From contig OZ116704.1 in NCBI GenBank assembly GCA_964199315.1, positions 2,542,001-2,606,000 on the forward strand: DNA of 64,000 bases. The letters are read 5' to 3'. Source of the stretch: Orbicella franksi (lineage: Eukaryota). The notes below the pieces were generated by a model. It searched no databases. It was not told the DNA's origin and saw only the letters and a program-made list of their open reading frames with translations. Below are positions 60,867 through 64,000 of this stretch, one piece after another (the first letter of the stretch is position 1; every line of letters starts with the position of its first letter). The translations under genes and the position numbers were made by a program.

Positions 60867-63174
60867 TCACTCATTAATAAAATCGCAGCCATAAAGCTCG
60901 ATTCGTAAAGCAGAACGGCCGTATTTAGTAAGAGGAACAACTCGTATGAATGATGCCTTGATAGATGGCGAGATGGCGTGTTTCACAACCGAATTGACGT
61001 CTGAGTTACCAAGGAAAACCTGCAATTGAGAGGAAATGATCACGTGATGATCAGTCTTCATAATAAGTGTCTAATAATTTCTTAAGCTAATTACTTATTA
61101 ATCGCTTTGGTTTTCAGACCAAAGCACAGTCAATGGGACCTGCTCAGAGTGGGTTTTGAAAGCGGCAGAGTATTTACTGCATGTGTCATGTAAAATTGGT
61201 CGGGCGAAGACTAGTCACTTTACAGCATTAGACATCACGTGGTAAGTTTCAGGCTCGATTACCAGCCACTGTGCAGGAAAGAAGCTTGCGCTCACAAGGC
61301 AGCCATGGGAATCGAGCCTAGGTAAAGTTTGGAAACAAGAAATTTTTTAATCATGCCCATTATGTCCCTATTTTTTAATGTTTCAACAGTACCCTTCCCT
61401 ATTAAAATCCTGTGCATTTCTTCAATGTTACTGAGTATTGATATTGACAATTTGACGACTTTCTTAATTCTCAGCATCTGTCTGGATACTGCGTATTGAT
61501 AATTTATGGGGAAATTGGAGGCTGATCACTCTTGCTAGCCGCTATTTTGTCAGTATTTACTCGTATTCACCTTGCGTACCACTTCAAACCCTTCTTTTTC
61601 ATAATCCCGCCATATTTTTCCCGTCATGCTATATTTCAGGGTGTAGCTTGTAGTCCACCAGTCATGTGACGGGTTTCCCTGAGTAGCAATACCGCTGATA
61701 ATTTTGATTTCAGGCGCAAAGCTGACTTGTAACCATGGACTAAAATCCAAAATAGCACTGACCCAGGAAAGTGACTGGTGCCTCAGACGGGCATCCTTGG
61801 CTTTAAAAGACTGGAGAGTTATTATCCACATTCCATCTGATGAGGCAGTTAATTGATGATTTAGGATCCGACCATCTTGCATTCCTAGGGGAGGAGAACT
61901 GCAAACTAGTAGGAAAGCAAAATTCCATGGTCAAGTTAGAATTCTATATCTATGGAATAGAATTGATCTAGATAAGAGCGAGGAAAATATTCATGTTTAA
62001 ACAATACTTTGTTTTCAGGATAACACATTCCCGCAACACTTCGCATTAGTTTTACACAGTCAAATTGCTCGATATTACAGTGATGCCAACGCCAATTTTT
62101 GAATGGTATGTTCTAAACACATCGTATTTACACGAGAAAGCGCCTATCCCGATTAGGTCGTCTGGGATGAAAAGAAAATACTCACCAGCACCGCCCTTGG
62201 ATAAACACACACCATCTCTACTTCAACAACAACGTGGCAGCGCTTATTCAGTTGAGCTCCGGTGAATTGAATTGTCTCCGATCGGGAAAACACCTAACCT
62301 AAAATTATCGTTTTGAACTGGTAGTTGGTTATTATTGCAGTCCCAACTGGATAATGAAGAGTTCATATGATCATATAAACTTTATTTTTATCAGTAGACT
62401 TTTCTGAGCGCTCTCAACCAAACAACCACCACATCAGAGAGACGCCGTCATCTAATACATCTTCACAGATTTCTATGTTTATTACGCCATTTGAAAGCTA
62501 AGTGACAGCGCTTTTTTTAAATTACTTTTCGACACAATTTCATAATGAGATGACTCAGCTCGCCAATATTTAATAGTGAAATCTAGTATTGATTCTGACA
62601 GTTGAAGAAAAAAATTTCATAGCCATAATTGGTAAATTTGACATAATCTGTTTGCTTGTAACATCAAAGACAACAAAAGTTAAAGAAAGTTACTTTCAGA
62701 AACTACGTCCGGTTGACCGTGAATCGGCTTATTTCCAATATTTATGATTTTACCTTCACACTTATCTCCTGTGTAGTCATGCTGACATTCACATTTATAT
62801 CCTGGGGCTCTTGCGACATTCATGCACTTCCCCTTGTTTTTACACGGCCGGTCACCCGAGCATGATCCCGAGGGACGGGACGGGTGGTCAAAATAAATAG
62901 CACCGGAGGAGGTGACAAATTCTAGAGGATGTAGAGATCGAGTCACGTTGTTCAGCTCGCACGTTTTGGCGGGAAACTTGTAATTGAAGCTATAGCAGTT
63001 TGTGTCCTGGTCACACGAGATGATACAAGTCATAAGAGATTTCCCGGATGTTGTCTTATAAGAGTGACCAATCAGAGAGTAGTCTTTAATGGAGGAAACA
63101 GTGATGCAATCTTCATAACCAGCGGTGATTGAAACAAATATGGACAGTAAGCCGAGTGTTTGGTTTTGTAGCAT
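60867..63174 (-). CDS. Secreted PAN/Apple-EGF-F5/8 type C (discoidin) protein, 3 coding exons, 302 aa
   Basis: Exons 63174-62754, 61905-61571, 61019-60867 (909 nt). Signal peptide; PAN (CIISCDQDTNCYSFNY..CELN); EGF (CSGDRPCKNKGKC..YKCECQHDYTGDKC); FA58C (PLGMQDGRI..TASS..WLQV..IATQG..SYTLKYS..VFLGNSD..SFIRVVP..LRIELYGC). An acceptor 8 nt before the ATG implies an upstream non-coding exon. Confidence 0.9.
61251..61319. mobile_element. Miniature inverted-repeat element
   Basis: AGGCTCGATT / AATCGAGCCT termini, 69 bp. Confidence 0.55.
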
Positions 63175-64000
63175 GGTGTATCCTGATAAAAGAATGGAAA
63201 AGCAATGTTTAGCGTTCTTAAGTACAACACCAGCATTTTTTAAAATCGTTTCAGGTGATCATAGAACATGAGCAATATGATAAGGGTTATTCTAAGCTCT
63301 GTTCGAAGTCAAACGATTGAGTATCATGTAAGCGAGGGGATTAAAACGCACATGATGTTTCTTCATAGAAGAAAAAACCTCCTAAAGATTTAATTTTTGT
63401 AACTCACATGTACAAACGGAGGTTTCACCTCGTTTCTTCTAGTTTACACCCTTCATAGAAACCAGTTACGTACATTTATACCAGATTTTAGGATTGCATC
63501 TCACAATGTTAAACATTACATGTAATACTTGTGTGGTTGATTTGATTAGTTCTTCCATTGTTTAAGGTGCTAAAATACTGAGTCTGTTGTTGAAAATAAA
63601 AATAAATCAACTGACCTGACTTGATATTTCATGTCACATGGTTGATCGATGAATTATGAACGAAAAGCCTCTATCAATTCACTTGCGGCAGGCGAGCTCA
63701 AACCAAACGATGTAAGATTACACAAAAGTCTAAAAAGCGAGCAATTCGTTGATTTTGAAAAAACAAACCGATTGCCCGAGAAAATATGATCCGTTTACTT
63801 AGCTGTCCAGCTGTGGTCGTTAAATTAAGGCAGGAAATTTATCAGAGACAAAAGCAGCCAAGCTTAAGTTGATTCTCATTATCAAGCTGTTCTGTTTTGT
63901 GTTTGCTTTAATTTACAAACAGAAAAGAACACAATAGGACCAATAGGGGGATTCTTTTACCATGTTGACAAAAATGGCTAACGTGTAATTAATTTTCTTT

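Noticed and set aside
60486-60908. 140-aa ORF with (STRLD)n
   Set aside because: Translation of the pentanucleotide repeat; overlaps the discoidin gene 3' end in antisense.
62190-62225. Extra cassette exon in the PAN-EGF-discoidin gene (GTGAGT donor near 62190)
   Set aside because: A phase-compatible acceptor exists but lacks a pyrimidine tract.

Overview
AT-rich animal genomic DNA with spliceosomal introns. Gene content and repeat style suggest an anthozoan, probably a stony coral (inference, no database search). I reconstructed eight protein-coding loci by hand from splice signals and reading-frame continuity: the 3' end of WDR44 (+); a 7-exon, 441-aa membrane protein with a TVGYG K+ filter and GluR0/iGluR-like topology (-); a 15-exon SLC5A sodium/solute symporter of the SMCT/NIS/SMVT group (+); a single-exon class A orphan GPCR (-); PIN4 (-) head-to-head with GPALPP1 (+); a 26-exon RASA3-like RasGAP (-); and a secreted PAN-EGF-discoidin protein (-). 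Introns and intergenic DNA hold many MITE-like foldbacks, LINE 3' fragments, one tRNA-derived SINE and mini/microsatellites, including two nested insertions with visible TSDs. The best candidate for an undescribed system is the intron-containing, ATD-less, K+-filter glutamate-receptor-like channel with a predicted extracellular poly-Asp tract. No CRISPR array, rRNA or intact tRNA gene was seen.
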